This document shows positions 1 to 9,914 of a stretch of 64,000 bases of DNA, piece by piece (the stretch's first letter is position 1; each line of letters begins with the position of its first letter). A program made the translations under genes and the position numbers. The notes under the pieces were generated by a model. It was not told the origin of the DNA and did not search any database. It saw nothing but the letters and a program-made list of their open reading frames with translations. The DNA comes from Opitutales bacterium (GTDB taxonomy: Bacteria; Verrucomicrobiota; Verrucomicrobiia; Opitutales; PNEW01), in assembly GCA_965197745.1 (NCBI GenBank), contig CBDANS010000007.1:1760001-1824000 (forward strand), read 5' to 3'.

Positions 1-2
1 TC

Positions 3-923
3 AGTATTATTTACATCAGTCACTTTCTTGAAGAATGCCAGGAAGTTGCTGATCGTTATACCGTGCTTCGAGATGGAATCACGGTAGAGAGTGGAGCGAT
101 GGAATCAGTAAAATTCACCGAATTAATCCATCTCATGGTAGGGAGAGAGATAAACGAAATATTTCCTAAAATCCCTCACACCATCGACGAACCGGTTCTA
201 GAGATCAGCAATCTTGCCGGGTCGAAAAGGCCACGTTCTGTGAATCTTAAATTACGCAAAGGTGAAATCTTCGGGATTGCCGGGCTCGTTGGTGCGGGTC
301 GAACGGAGACAGTCCGCGCTTGCTTTGGTCTTGATGAAGTAAAAGAGGGGAGCGTTTATGTCTATGGAAGAGATAAAACGCAAACCATACCACGAAGGCG
401 CTTGGATGAGGGAGTGGGATTTTTAAGCGAAAACCGCAAAGAAGAAGGTCTCATGCTAAATAGAGATGTGGCAGAGAACCTGACAACTACTGATTATAAT
501 CACTTCACCCACTGGGGGTTTATTAGCAAAACCAGGCAGCATGCGTCTGCTAAACAGATGATCGATCGTTTGGAAATTAAATCGCGCGAATTATCACAAT
601 CAGTGAATGAACTCTCAGGCGGCAATCAACAGAAGATCGCTCTAGGCCGTCTCTTGCATCACAAAGCTAATATATACTTACTCGATGAACCTACCCGGGG
701 CATTGATATTGTGAGTAAAGCTCAAATCTACAAAATTATGGGCGAACTGGCAAAAGAAGGGAAAGCAGTAATATTTATCAGTTCCTATCTTCCAGAATTA
801 CTGGGAGTATGTGATACCATTGGTGTTATGTGTCGCGGAATAATGCAAACATCTCGTCCAGCAAGAGAGTGGACCGAACATGAAATTTTAGGGGTAGCAA
901 TTGGCCAACAAGTTGATAACTGA
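3..923 (+). CDS. Sugar (ribose-type) ABC transporter ATP-binding protein, 5'-partial
   Basis: Frame is open from the window edge (SIIYISHFLEECQEVADRYTVLRDG). Second ABC domain has GLVGAGRTE, LSGGNQQK, LLDEPTRGID and ISSYLPEL motifs typical of RbsA/MglA. Confidence 0.93.
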   Translation, partial: SIIYISHFLEECQEVADRYTVLRDGITVESGAMESVKFTELIHLMVGREINEIFPKIPHTIDEPVLEISNLAGSKRPRSVNLKLRKGEIFGIAGLVGAGRTETVRACFGLDEVKEGSVYVYGRDKTQTIPRRRLDEGVGFLSENRKEEGLMLNRDVAENLTTTDYNHFTHWGFISKTRQHASAKQMIDRLEIKSRELSQSVNELSGGNQQKIALGRLLHHKANIYLLDEPTRGIDIVSKAQIYKIMGELAKEGKAVIFISSYLPELLGVCDTIGVMCRGIMQTSRPAREWTEHEILGVAIGQQVDN

Positions 924-931
924 AAAATCTA

Positions 932-1921
932 ATGGATACTGCTAAGGAAAATTGGTTAAGCAAAATATCATCCCAAGTCCCAATCATGGGACCTATTTTG
1001 GGCCTCATTCTCGTGGTCTTACTATTCTCTAAAACGCGAGGATTTATAACCCCCAATAATATTACAATTATTTTAACCCAGACGGTTATCGTTACCATTG
1101 CAGCGCTTGGGATGACAAAAATAATTGTCAGTGGCGGTATTGATTTAAGCGTCGGAGCAGTGGTAGCGTTTACCAGTGTGCTCGGCGCTCATGCGGTGGC
1201 TCAAGGTTTGCCCATGGTCTTAGTGATTCTCATCGCTCTCGGCGGTGGCGGACTCTTTGGGTTCATCAATGGGAGTATCATTGCCGGTTTTAAAATGAAT
1301 CCTTTCATCGTCACTTTAGGCATGATGGGGGTAGCACGAGGAGCCTCAAAGTGGTTGGGAAAAAACCAAACCGTGAATTTTGATCCTGAGTCCACCATTA
1401 ATCTCCTCATGAATAATCCCGCCCAAATAGGGAACTATATAGTCCCATTATGGCTGCCCCCGATTGGCGTTTTGATGGCATTGTTTATGGCTGTAATAAT
1501 CAGTGTGGTTATGAATAAAACGGTATTTGGCCGTCACATTTACGCCATCGGTTCTAATGAAGCTACCGCACGTCTCTGCGGAATTCGCACAGAGTTGACA
1601 AAACTCAAAGTTTATATTTTCGCAGGACTGCTTTATGGTCTGGCTGGAGTAATGCAACTGTCGCGCTTGCAACAGGGAGATCCGACTGTCGCCATCGGTC
1701 TCGAACTCGATGTCATCGCCGCCGTCGTTATCGGTGGGGCCAGCCTGAGCGGTGGAACGGGAAGTGTCTTTGGGGCGGTTATTGGAGCTCTTATCATGGC
1801 TACTTTACGCAATGGCTCCGATCAGGTGGGGTGGCCAAATTACGCCCAGGAAATTATTATTGGTCTGGTTATTGTTCTCGCTGTTGGTCTCGACCGTTTT
1901 CGGCAAAGTCGGCTAAATTAA
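932..1921 (+). CDS. Sugar ABC transporter permease (RbsC-like)
   Basis: Hydrophobic protein with GGIDLSVG, FGRHIYAIGSNE and ELDVIAAVVIGGASLSGG motifs; follows the ATPase by 8 bp. Confidence 0.93.
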   Translation: MDTAKENWLSKISSQVPIMGPILGLILVVLLFSKTRGFITPNNITIILTQTVIVTIAALGMTKIIVSGGIDLSVGAVVAFTSVLGAHAVAQGLPMVLVILIALGGGGLFGFINGSIIAGFKMNPFIVTLGMMGVARGASKWLGKNQTVNFDPESTINLLMNNPAQIGNYIVPLWLPPIGVLMALFMAVIISVVMNKTVFGRHIYAIGSNEATARLCGIRTELTKLKVYIFAGLLYGLAGVMQLSRLQQGDPTVAIGLELDVIAAVVIGGASLSGGTGSVFGAVIGALIMATLRNGSDQVGWPNYAQEIIIGLVIVLAVGLDRFRQSRLN

Positions 1922-2026
1922 GGTCTCTCATAAAAAATAAATAGTGGTCAAAAATTCCTATTTAGTTTGACAGTAGCAAATTTCGTTCAAGATAAGAGAT
2001 ACACTTTCACTTAATACATCATTGTT

Positions 2027-3028
2027 ATGTCACATGCAAAATTAGAAGAAAAACCGATTGGAAGATCGGGGTTAACGATGAACTCCATCAGTTTAGGTTG
2101 CGTTACATTTGGTCGAGAAATAGATGAAGAAGGATCATGGAAGATTCTCGATCACGCCATGGAAGCGGGCATTAAGTTGTATGACACGGCCGAAATGTAC
2201 GGGGGAGGAAACGCTAAAGAAAATCGCAAAAATTGGCTGGGTATCAATGACACCCGTGAAGTAACAACAGAAATGTATTCATCAGAAAAAATACTTTACC
2301 GATGGATGAAGGATCGTGGCTGTCGAGATGAAATGGTTATCTGCACGAAAGTCAGTGGGGCTAATAACGCTCCTGATAATATACGAAAGAAAGTAGGGGA
2401 TAGCCTCGATCGTCTGGGTACAGAGTCCGTCGAGATATATATGCTTCATGAACCGGACTCCAATGTGCCGATTGCTGAATCACTCGATGCGCTCAATGAA
2501 CAGGTCGTGGCAGGTAGAGTTAAAGTTATTGGGTGCAGTAATTTTACGGAAGAAATGCTGCAGGAATCATTGGAAATCAGTGAAAAAAAAGGATGGGCGC
2601 GATTTGAAATAACAGAACCTCCTTTCAGTCTGGCAGACCGGAGGTATGAGCCTGAATTACTTCCCTTATGTACGAAAGAAGATATTTCAACCATACCTTA
2701 CAGTCCTCTCGGCGCAGGTTTTCTCGCTGGTAAATATAGCTCGGATCGATCTAAGTTTCCGAAAGGAACTCGATTCGATATATCACCCGGGCATGCCGAC
2801 ATATATTTTAATGATCATAATTTTCGTGTTGTAGAGAGGTTAAGGGAAAAAGCCAAAGAGATGGGTGTCCCCATGGTTCAATTGGCAATGGCCTGGGTTA
2901 TGACCAATCCTCACGTCACAAGCACGCTCATCGGCGCGAGAAAGACAGAGCACATAGACAATGCCATTCTCGCCTTGGAAATGGAGCTTGATCCAGATTT
3001 ACGCGAAGAGATGTCAAATTGGGACTGA
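2027..3028 (+). CDS. Aldo/keto reductase
   Basis: DTAEMYG, ICTK, IYMLHEPD, IGCSNF and PYSPLGAGFLAGKY motifs. Confidence 0.92.
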   Translation: MSHAKLEEKPIGRSGLTMNSISLGCVTFGREIDEEGSWKILDHAMEAGIKLYDTAEMYGGGNAKENRKNWLGINDTREVTTEMYSSEKILYRWMKDRGCRDEMVICTKVSGANNAPDNIRKKVGDSLDRLGTESVEIYMLHEPDSNVPIAESLDALNEQVVAGRVKVIGCSNFTEEMLQESLEISEKKGWARFEITEPPFSLADRRYEPELLPLCTKEDISTIPYSPLGAGFLAGKYSSDRSKFPKGTRFDISPGHADIYFNDHNFRVVERLREKAKEMGVPMVQLAMAWVMTNPHVTSTLIGARKTEHIDNAILALEMELDPDLREEMSNWD

Positions 3029-3395
3029 TCTTTTTTCCAGTTGAAAGGATAAATGGAGCCTGGCTCGATATAAATACGTCCTGCTGAAGAATACCCAAAT
3101 GCCTGTTCGTCTGAGCAGATCGTGGTAAGGCATGGGAAACCGGCTCATCCATGATTAAGAGGAAAGTATAATGTAACTCAGAGTTGGATGTTGGAGATCA
3201 AGGCAACTATACTTTCGCTTATCTATTCCGCCATTGCCTCTACAGCTTCACTTTACCGGATGAGACCACGTCCTGTTTTATATCAGATTACCTCGCGATT
3301 TAAATCTATCAGGTATTGTTTGCATTCAGAATAGGAATTCATGATAGTCGCAACCCTATTCAACACTCTACCTCCTCCACATTTTAATAGATTAA

Positions 3396-4184
3396 ATGCT
3401 ATTGTATATGATATTAAATTTAAAGCGATTGTTCTTATTATCCGCGCTTCTCTTATTTATGGGCTGCAGTGGTAAGCAGATTGAGGTAATAGCCGAGACT
3501 CAGGAAAAACATTATCTTCGTGGTAAAAGCCTGCTCCAGGAAGGACGCAAACAGGAAGCTCTCGAAGCATTTCTCAAAGTTGTCGATAAACGCAATGATG
3601 CCGCAGAATCACATTTGGAAGTTGGTAGTCTCAGCCTCACTCATATCAGGGATCCCATTGCCGCTATTTATCACTTTCGCAAGTATCTTGAACTTAAACC
3701 TGACACTGAACAATCAAAGTTGGTGCGACAGCTTATAGAGACCGCGAAGAAAGATTTTGCGAGAAGCCTACCCGGAAAACCGTTTGAAAATGAGTTCGAG
3801 CGACTTGATCTAACGAATCTTATCGAACAATTAAGAAAAGAAAATCTAGACCTTAAAAAGCGCCTCGCTCATTCCATCCGTGAATACGAACAATCACAGA
3901 AGGGATACGATTTATTGCGAAAACAAATCGAGGCGCAAGCACAAGCGGAAGCGGCTGGCCGCGATCAGCCTGAAGTTGTCCAACCTGTCCTCCCGGTGGC
4001 CTCTTATAACAATGCAGATCGACCGGATATTTATATAGTGCAACCGGGAGATAATCTTAGCCGTATCAGCAAAAAATTATTCAATACCCCAGGGCGATGG
4101 CGTGATATTTACGAAGCAAACCGCAATACACTATCCAGCCCTCACTCGATCAGAGTAGGGCAGGAATTAAAAGTTCCTTTATAG
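3396..4184 (+). CDS. Lipoprotein with TPR-like N-terminal region, coiled coil and C-terminal LysM domain
   Basis: Lipobox-like FMGC. C-terminal YIVQPGDNLSRIS...IYEAN...IRVGQELKVP is a LysM domain. Start may be 3408. Confidence 0.85.
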   Translation: MLLYMILNLKRLFLLSALLLFMGCSGKQIEVIAETQEKHYLRGKSLLQEGRKQEALEAFLKVVDKRNDAAESHLEVGSLSLTHIRDPIAAIYHFRKYLELKPDTEQSKLVRQLIETAKKDFARSLPGKPFENEFERLDLTNLIEQLRKENLDLKKRLAHSIREYEQSQKGYDLLRKQIEAQAQAEAAGRDQPEVVQPVLPVASYNNADRPDIYIVQPGDNLSRISKKLFNTPGRWRDIYEANRNTLSSPHSIRVGQELKVPL

Positions 4185-4280
4185 GTTTTACGTCGAATAT
4201 ATTCGATCTGACATTATTTATTTCGGTATAGAAAATGGCTTGGGTTTTGTCTATAAGCATTTTTCAGTAAATTAATATAA

Positions 4281-5444
4281 ATGAGCTATTTTGATTATAA
4301 TGCGACAACCCCGCTGCTTTCAATTGCCGAAAAAACGTGGATAAAAGCAAGCCGAGAGCATTGGTATAATCCATCCAGCCCATATAGTCTCTCGGCAAGA
4401 GCAAGAAACTACCTCGATCACCTGCGAAGTGATCTCGCTTCCCATCTTGGTTGTGAAGCGGAGACCATCATTTTTAACTCGGGGGCTACAGAAGGAAATA
4501 ACGCGGTGTTTAATTACATGGCTAAAAAGAGTGATCCCCTTTCTCGCGTTCTTATATCGTCAATAGAACATCCCTGTGTATTAGAGTCTGCTGAAGAGAC
4601 TTTTCCAGACAAAGTTGATTTCATACCCGTATCCCATAACGGCGTTGTCGATATGGATATATTGCCCGGTTTGCTTAAAAAGGAAAAATACCAATTAGTT
4701 TCGGTGATGGCTGCAAATAATGAAACGGGTGTGATCCAGCCCTGGAGAGACATTTTAAAATTATGTCATAAATACAAGATCACCTATCATTGTGATGCTT
4801 CGCAATGGGTGGGTAAACTGCCCTCTAATGATCTCGGGCAATGCGATTTTATAACCGGTTGTGGTCATAAATTCGGGGGTCCAAAAGGAGTTGGATTTTT
4901 AAAAATAGCTAAAGAATTTAGCGATTTTAAGGACTTCCAGGGAGGGGAGCAAGAATCGGGACACCGTGGCGGGACAGAAAATATACCGGGGGTAGCTGCG
5001 ATGATTGCGGCTCTCAATGAAATTTCTATAAATTATAGAGATACTATAAATAACCAGAAAAAACGCGTAAGCGAATTTTCTGGTCTTATTCAGACAAAGG
5101 TCCCGGGGGTGAAGATCATAGGGCAGGATGTTGATCGATTGTGGAATACCCTCTCAATAATTTTACCTGATTTCGGTAATCTCCGCTGGGTCTTGCGACT
5201 TGATAAACACGGCTTTGCCGTATCGACAGGTTCAGCCTGTGCAACGGGAAAAGAAGGTCCTTCACATGTCCTGGCCGCAATGAAATACCACCCCGGTGAA
5301 ATGAACCGCGTAATTCGAATAAGTGGTGGGTGGGATACTTCAAGCGAGGAATGGCAATCACTGGTTGACGCCTTCGGGTGTGTATGGACCGAACTGAAGG
5401 AATCACAACTTGAATCGGGTAGCACCGAGATTATCTCGCTTTAA
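4281..5444 (+). CDS. Cysteine desulfurase (class I, IscS/NifS-like)
   Basis: YFDYNATTP, SGATEGNN, PLP lysine motif GHKFGGPKG and catalytic STGSAC. Confidence 0.92.
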   Translation: MSYFDYNATTPLLSIAEKTWIKASREHWYNPSSPYSLSARARNYLDHLRSDLASHLGCEAETIIFNSGATEGNNAVFNYMAKKSDPLSRVLISSIEHPCVLESAEETFPDKVDFIPVSHNGVVDMDILPGLLKKEKYQLVSVMAANNETGVIQPWRDILKLCHKYKITYHCDASQWVGKLPSNDLGQCDFITGCGHKFGGPKGVGFLKIAKEFSDFKDFQGGEQESGHRGGTENIPGVAAMIAALNEISINYRDTINNQKKRVSEFSGLIQTKVPGVKIIGQDVDRLWNTLSIILPDFGNLRWVLRLDKHGFAVSTGSACATGKEGPSHVLAAMKYHPGEMNRVIRISGGWDTSSEEWQSLVDAFGCVWTELKESQLESGSTEIISL

Positions 5445-5495
5445 ATAGGAGACGAATTGATTTGCCCGGTTCTATAGTTTATCCCTTTTAAGTGC

Positions 5496-6587
5496 ATGCG
5501 AATATCGACCCTGAAAATTCAGAACTTTAGAAATATTGAATTTGCATCTCTTCAGTTTGACTTAAATTGCCAGTATTTATTGGGCGATAATGGAGAGGGA
5601 AAGACTAACCTCTTAGAGGCCATTGGCTTGCTTACAGCCCTTAGGTCTTTTCGCACGCGGCAAACCAGGTATATCATACGCTCCAACTGTCATGAAGCGC
5701 AAATGGTGTGCGGGCTTGAGCATGAATCGCTGGGAAATACGGAAGTCTCAATAAAACTTAAAAATGGATTAAAAGATGTATCTGTCGATGGAGAAAAAAT
5801 TATTCGATTTGCCCATTATATAGGGAAATTTCCAAGCGTAGTGATGTCCTCTCAGGACATTCAATTACTTCGTGGTTCACCTCAATTACGTCGCCGTTTT
5901 TTAAATCTTACTTTTGCTGCTACAGATGGAATTTATTTTGACGCACTTCGAGATTATCATCGAGCATTGCAGGAACGGAATCGATTGCTTAAAAGAAGGG
6001 TGAGTAAAGGTGAATTAGCAGCGTTTGAAAGTATACTGGCCCCGGCCGCTAATCTGCTCATGAAAAAGCGCCAGGAAGGGATCTCGGCACTGAGTAAAGT
6101 ACTGGCAGAGAAATACGAGGGTATAAGTGATGCTAAAGAAATTACGAGATTACAATATGAGCCCGATATAAATTTCGGAGAAAATGAAGACTATATGAAG
6201 TTACTGATTGAGATGAGAGAACGAGACTATGCTCAACAGACTACCACTCGAGGGCCCCATCGCGATGATTTTAAATTCATCCTCAACGATTATGACGCAA
6301 ATAACTATGGATCTGATGGGCAACAACGAGCCCTGGTCCTGGCGCTACGTCTGGCTGAAGCGACATGGCATTATGAGCAGACAAAAATAAAACCTGTCAT
6401 TCTGTGTGATGATATATTAAACGAACTCGACGACCGCCGTCGTTCAAAATTCTGGGATTTAATTAACCCGGGAAGCCAAGTTATTGCGAATGGCACTCTT
6501 TCACCTCCAGGAGACGGCCAGATAATATGGTCTTTGTTTAGAGTGGATAAGGGGCAAATAAAAGCCTCTGAAAATGATGGACTATAA
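5496..6587 (+). CDS. recF: DNA replication and repair protein RecF
   Basis: NFRN, Walker A GDNGEGKTN, GPHRDD, SDGQQR and DDILNELD motifs. Confidence 0.95.
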   Translation: MRISTLKIQNFRNIEFASLQFDLNCQYLLGDNGEGKTNLLEAIGLLTALRSFRTRQTRYIIRSNCHEAQMVCGLEHESLGNTEVSIKLKNGLKDVSVDGEKIIRFAHYIGKFPSVVMSSQDIQLLRGSPQLRRRFLNLTFAATDGIYFDALRDYHRALQERNRLLKRRVSKGELAAFESILAPAANLLMKKRQEGISALSKVLAEKYEGISDAKEITRLQYEPDINFGENEDYMKLLIEMRERDYAQQTTTRGPHRDDFKFILNDYDANNYGSDGQQRALVLALRLAEATWHYEQTKIKPVILCDDILNELDDRRRSKFWDLINPGSQVIANGTLSPPGDGQIIWSLFRVDKGQIKASENDGL

Positions 6588-6663
6588 ACGGCTTGGAAAA
6601 TCTGCTTGGGTTTAAAGCACAGAGTTGTATAGTCGTTGAGAATACGAAAACTACGAAGTAAAT

Positions 6664-7254
6664 ATGGCGCGTAAGTCGGCGAGATTATTGTGGGCTGATA
6701 AAATTAAAGGTAAGCACCAGGAGAAATCCATCGAAAAATCTGATGGGTTAAAACTGGGGAGAACATTCCAAGGTAATGTTCTGGGCATCGATCCAAGTTT
6801 GCGGTCTACCGGTTTAGCGGTTATTCAATTCAAGGCAAATACTTCAGCGATTCTCCTCGCTAGTCGAACGGTGACATTAAAACCGAAACTTACGATGGCA
6901 GCTTGCCTGGCTGAAATATCCCGGGCGGTAACGGAAATGATTGAAACTTACCCCATCGATTATGTGGCCATGGAGCAGACTATTTATGTGCAAAATTTCC
7001 AGACGGCACAGATTCTAGGGGCAGCCCGTGGAGCAGCGATGGCCGCAGCAGCTTTAAAAAGAATTCCTGTCGAAGAATATCCTCCTTTAAGGATAAAACA
7101 AGCTGTTGTCGGGTATGGACGAGCGAGTAAAGAGCAGGTGGCAAAAACAGTGATTCAATTACTGGGGCTTAAATCTAAATCAATGATAAAAACATCTCAT
7201 GATGCTGATGCCGCAAGTGTCGCTATCTGCCACGCGCTAACTTTCAGGATTTAA
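6664..7254 (+). CDS. ruvC: Holliday junction resolvase RuvC
   Basis: LGIDPS, AMEQ, IKQAVVGYGRASKEQV and DADAASVAICH motifs. Confidence 0.93.
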   Translation: MARKSARLLWADKIKGKHQEKSIEKSDGLKLGRTFQGNVLGIDPSLRSTGLAVIQFKANTSAILLASRTVTLKPKLTMAACLAEISRAVTEMIETYPIDYVAMEQTIYVQNFQTAQILGAARGAAMAAAALKRIPVEEYPPLRIKQAVVGYGRASKEQVAKTVIQLLGLKSKSMIKTSHDADAASVAICHALTFRI

Positions 7255-7718
7255 ATGACAAGATCATTTTGACCTTCAATGCAAAGGCGTAATGGATTCT
7301 CACGATTGGTTATGGCCGAGACTAATATTTCAAATTCATCCTGCCGTGAGAGATAGCGAGCAATGTAGACCCGATTGCCATTAGTGCCTGTTATGCAATA
7401 ATACCCCAGTCCTAAGTAATTGCGCGTGTGGGCATTTGCGATTTCATTCCAGGGTATAAACAGTGATTTACCCCACCAGGTATAGCTATAAACGCCATCA
7501 GAGCTTATTTCACTTATTAAAGCCCAGACCAGTATTGATGATGTAATAAGAGATATAATCGTTATAAGTTCAAGGCTACCCGCATAATCAATACTTCCGA
7601 GTGGAACTCTGAGAAAAAAGGCTATGCGAAAGAGGTCAAACAACCACAATACGGCAATCATCCACAGTAACAGGGTTGAGTAGCAGCAGCGGTATATTTG
7701 TTTAGCTGGTACATTCAT
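7251..7718 (-). CDS. Hypothetical membrane protein
   Basis: 155-aa ORF with two N-terminal hydrophobic segments and a soluble tail (IPWNEI). Its stop codon overlaps the ruvC stop. Confidence 0.6.
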   Translation of the reverse strand: MNVPAKQIYRCCYSTLLLWMIAVLWLFDLFRIAFFLRVPLGSIDYAGSLELITIISLITSSILVWALISEISSDGVYSYTWWGKSLFIPWNEIANAHTRNYLGLGYYCITGTNGNRVYIARYLSRQDEFEILVSAITNRENPLRLCIEGQNDLVI

Positions 7719-7841
7719 CTTTAATGCTTTTGCATTTTAAAGATTTATGCCCGTTATGCGAGCAGGAAATTTAATCATTAAGATCTTTCAGTGTCGATCA
7801 ATAGACTCACAATAAACTTGTGATAAAAACTACCCGGGCCA

Positions 7842-8288
7842 TTAAATTACCTTTTCTTCTATATCATAGACATCAAACCAGGTATAAATTCTTCGGTTCC
7901 CGGGTATTACATTCTGGATATAGCTTTCAAGGAACAACTGCAAATGGGTCGGCAGATCCATGATACGTGTCTGACGCATTTTCAAATTCCAGAGTTTGAT
8001 AATTTCCTCAGAGAAATCCACCTGTTCTCTTATCCACGATGCCACTTCATTATCATCAGCGCCGCCTGAGACATAATTCTTAAAGTCAGAACTATTAACG
8101 CCCGTAAAACTAAGGAGGTAGTTGTCTAAAGGGCAGTCGAATTTATATTCACCATTAGTTCCCGCGATTACTGCCCTGCATTTATCGAGCATGCGCGCGG
8201 CTACCACGAATCCACCCAATGTTTCGTGGGGGCTGCGTGGATATTCTTGATTCAGATCCTTTGCTAATGAACTTAATTTTTTATTCAT
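7842..8288 (-). CDS. DUF5069-like protein
   Basis: PRSPHETLGG...ARMLDKCRA...GEYKFDCPLD...TWFDVYDIEE pattern recalled for DUF5069. The ORF track extends the frame to 8318. Confidence 0.75.
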   Translation of the reverse strand: MNKKLSSLAKDLNQEYPRSPHETLGGFVVAARMLDKCRAVIAGTNGEYKFDCPLDNYLLSFTGVNSSDFKNYVSGGADDNEVASWIREQVDFSEEIIKLWNLKMRQTRIMDLPTHLQLFLESYIQNVIPGNRRIYTWFDVYDIEEKVI

Positions 8289-8314
8289 ATATTGTATATT
8301 TTCTAAATTAATTT

Positions 8315-9130
8315 TCAAAAAATAGTTTTAAATATGCTGTGTTGATAATTTGTGCCGAGCTTTCCCTGATCATTCAAACCCCAATGATATTTTGCATATA
8401 TAATCTTATAATTTCCATTCAGTAAGAATTCATGATGTTCTTGAGGTCCGTAATTTGCGAGAATTCTTTTGATCCCGTCTGATTTATCAAAGTCTTCTTG
8501 AAACCATTTAAAAATAGATGATATCTCTACTTTTTCTTCATTGGGGTGATAAGCATTCATGGCATTGTTACCCAGCCATTGCCGGTAAGCGGTATCAATC
8601 AGCTGATTCATATTTTGACTGGTATAGGCGATCGGTTGCAGTGGTGGACAACTGCGCGCTGCACAGACAATTGCAGAATGAACGCGCCAGCCTATCAATG
8701 GGCGTAAATATTCATGTTCTATCTCATCGAGTGAAACAAGCTTCCCCCCAATGTTGTGACGCTTTGCGGACCATGAATCTTTGAGCAGGCGAATACTCTC
8801 GGTGGGATAATTCTGCAATATCCATTGGAGCGTGAAGGCATTATAAGCGTTTATAAGCGCAGCCACTTTTTCATTCGCCGATGCTTTAGGACCCTGCTCA
8901 TTGGCAAATTGCAACAGGTATTGATCCAGTGATCTGAGATCATCAGGGTTATTATGCCATGCTTGATAGTCAACAAGGCCATTTCCATCTACATACCGCC
9001 TAAGGAGCAGGTTAAGTTCAGAATGATCAATGTTTGCCGAGATTTCGATTGGGGATTCAGCCCGCGCAATCAAGGTTATCAAAGCCATGACCAGAAAACA
9101 CTGGATAGTGTAAGTTTTGAATTTAATCAT
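8315..9130 (-). CDS. Secreted DUF547 domain protein
   Basis: Signal peptide, GLVDY, LINAYNA, SLDEIEH, RVHSAIVCAARSCP, SSIFKWFQEDF and terminal YHWGLN motifs. Confidence 0.88.
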   Translation of the reverse strand: MIKFKTYTIQCFLVMALITLIARAESPIEISANIDHSELNLLLRRYVDGNGLVDYQAWHNNPDDLRSLDQYLLQFANEQGPKASANEKVAALINAYNAFTLQWILQNYPTESIRLLKDSWSAKRHNIGGKLVSLDEIEHEYLRPLIGWRVHSAIVCAARSCPPLQPIAYTSQNMNQLIDTAYRQWLGNNAMNAYHPNEEKVEISSIFKWFQEDFDKSDGIKRILANYGPQEHHEFLLNGNYKIIYAKYHWGLNDQGKLGTNYQHSIFKTIF

Positions 9131-9149
9131 AATCGTGTAATAGCCAGGG

Positions 9150-9887
9150 TCAGTCAGTTGTTTCCGGAATATTCTCAAGTGCGGATTTTTTCAATGCTTT
9201 ACGGGCAATTGCAGTGACAAAAACCGTAACAAAAACAGTGATGATAAAACCGATTCCTAGAAATATATATTCGAGTGAAGTTTTACCACCGCCAGAAACA
9301 GCTTCGAGGCCGGCCTTTCCCGCATATCCGAGGTAAACGTACAAAACTGTTCCAGGGATCATCCCTATCCAGCTTGCCAGCACATATGGCCAGAATTTCA
9401 CAGCCGTAAGACCGAGCAGGTAATTTAGCCACACATAGGGAAAAACAGGGCTTAAACGAAGAAGAAGAACTAATTTACTACCCTCATCGCCTATGGCAGA
9501 ATCAATCAATTTAAACTTTGCATGTTCACTCAGTTTAGCCTCAATTTTTTCGCGCGCCAAATAGCGGGCAACGATAAAAGCCAAAGCCGCCCCAAGTGTA
9601 GCTCCAATTGAAACCACGACAGACCCTCTTACCACACCAAATGCAAACCCGGCACCCAGGGTCAATACTGATCCGGGGACGAAGAAAACGGCGGACATCA
9701 TGTAGACAGCTATAAAAAGAATGTAGCCGATAACCCCTAAATCTATTACCCAGGTGTTAAAAGCTTCAAGCCATGTTCTGAGGGGTAAAAGGCGAAGCGC
9801 TGCGATTAGGGCGACGAAGGCGATAATTCCCACAACTAATTTCCAGGGAATTTTCCTACTAATCATTGCGGCATTTCTTTCCATCAA
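9150..9887 (-). CDS. TVP38/TMEM64 (DedA/VTT family) membrane protein
   Basis: PGSVLTLGAGFAFG, LLRLSPVFP, NYLLGLT and GMIPGT motifs. Confidence 0.9.
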   Translation of the reverse strand: MMERNAAMISRKIPWKLVVGIIAFVALIAALRLLPLRTWLEAFNTWVIDLGVIGYILFIAVYMMSAVFFVPGSVLTLGAGFAFGVVRGSVVVSIGATLGAALAFIVARYLAREKIEAKLSEHAKFKLIDSAIGDEGSKLVLLLRLSPVFPYVWLNYLLGLTAVKFWPYVLASWIGMIPGTVLYVYLGYAGKAGLEAVSGGGKTSLEYIFLGIGFIITVFVTVFVTAIARKALKKSALENIPETTD

Positions 9888-9914
9888 TATGGCAGAATAC
9901 TTAATATTCGTTCA

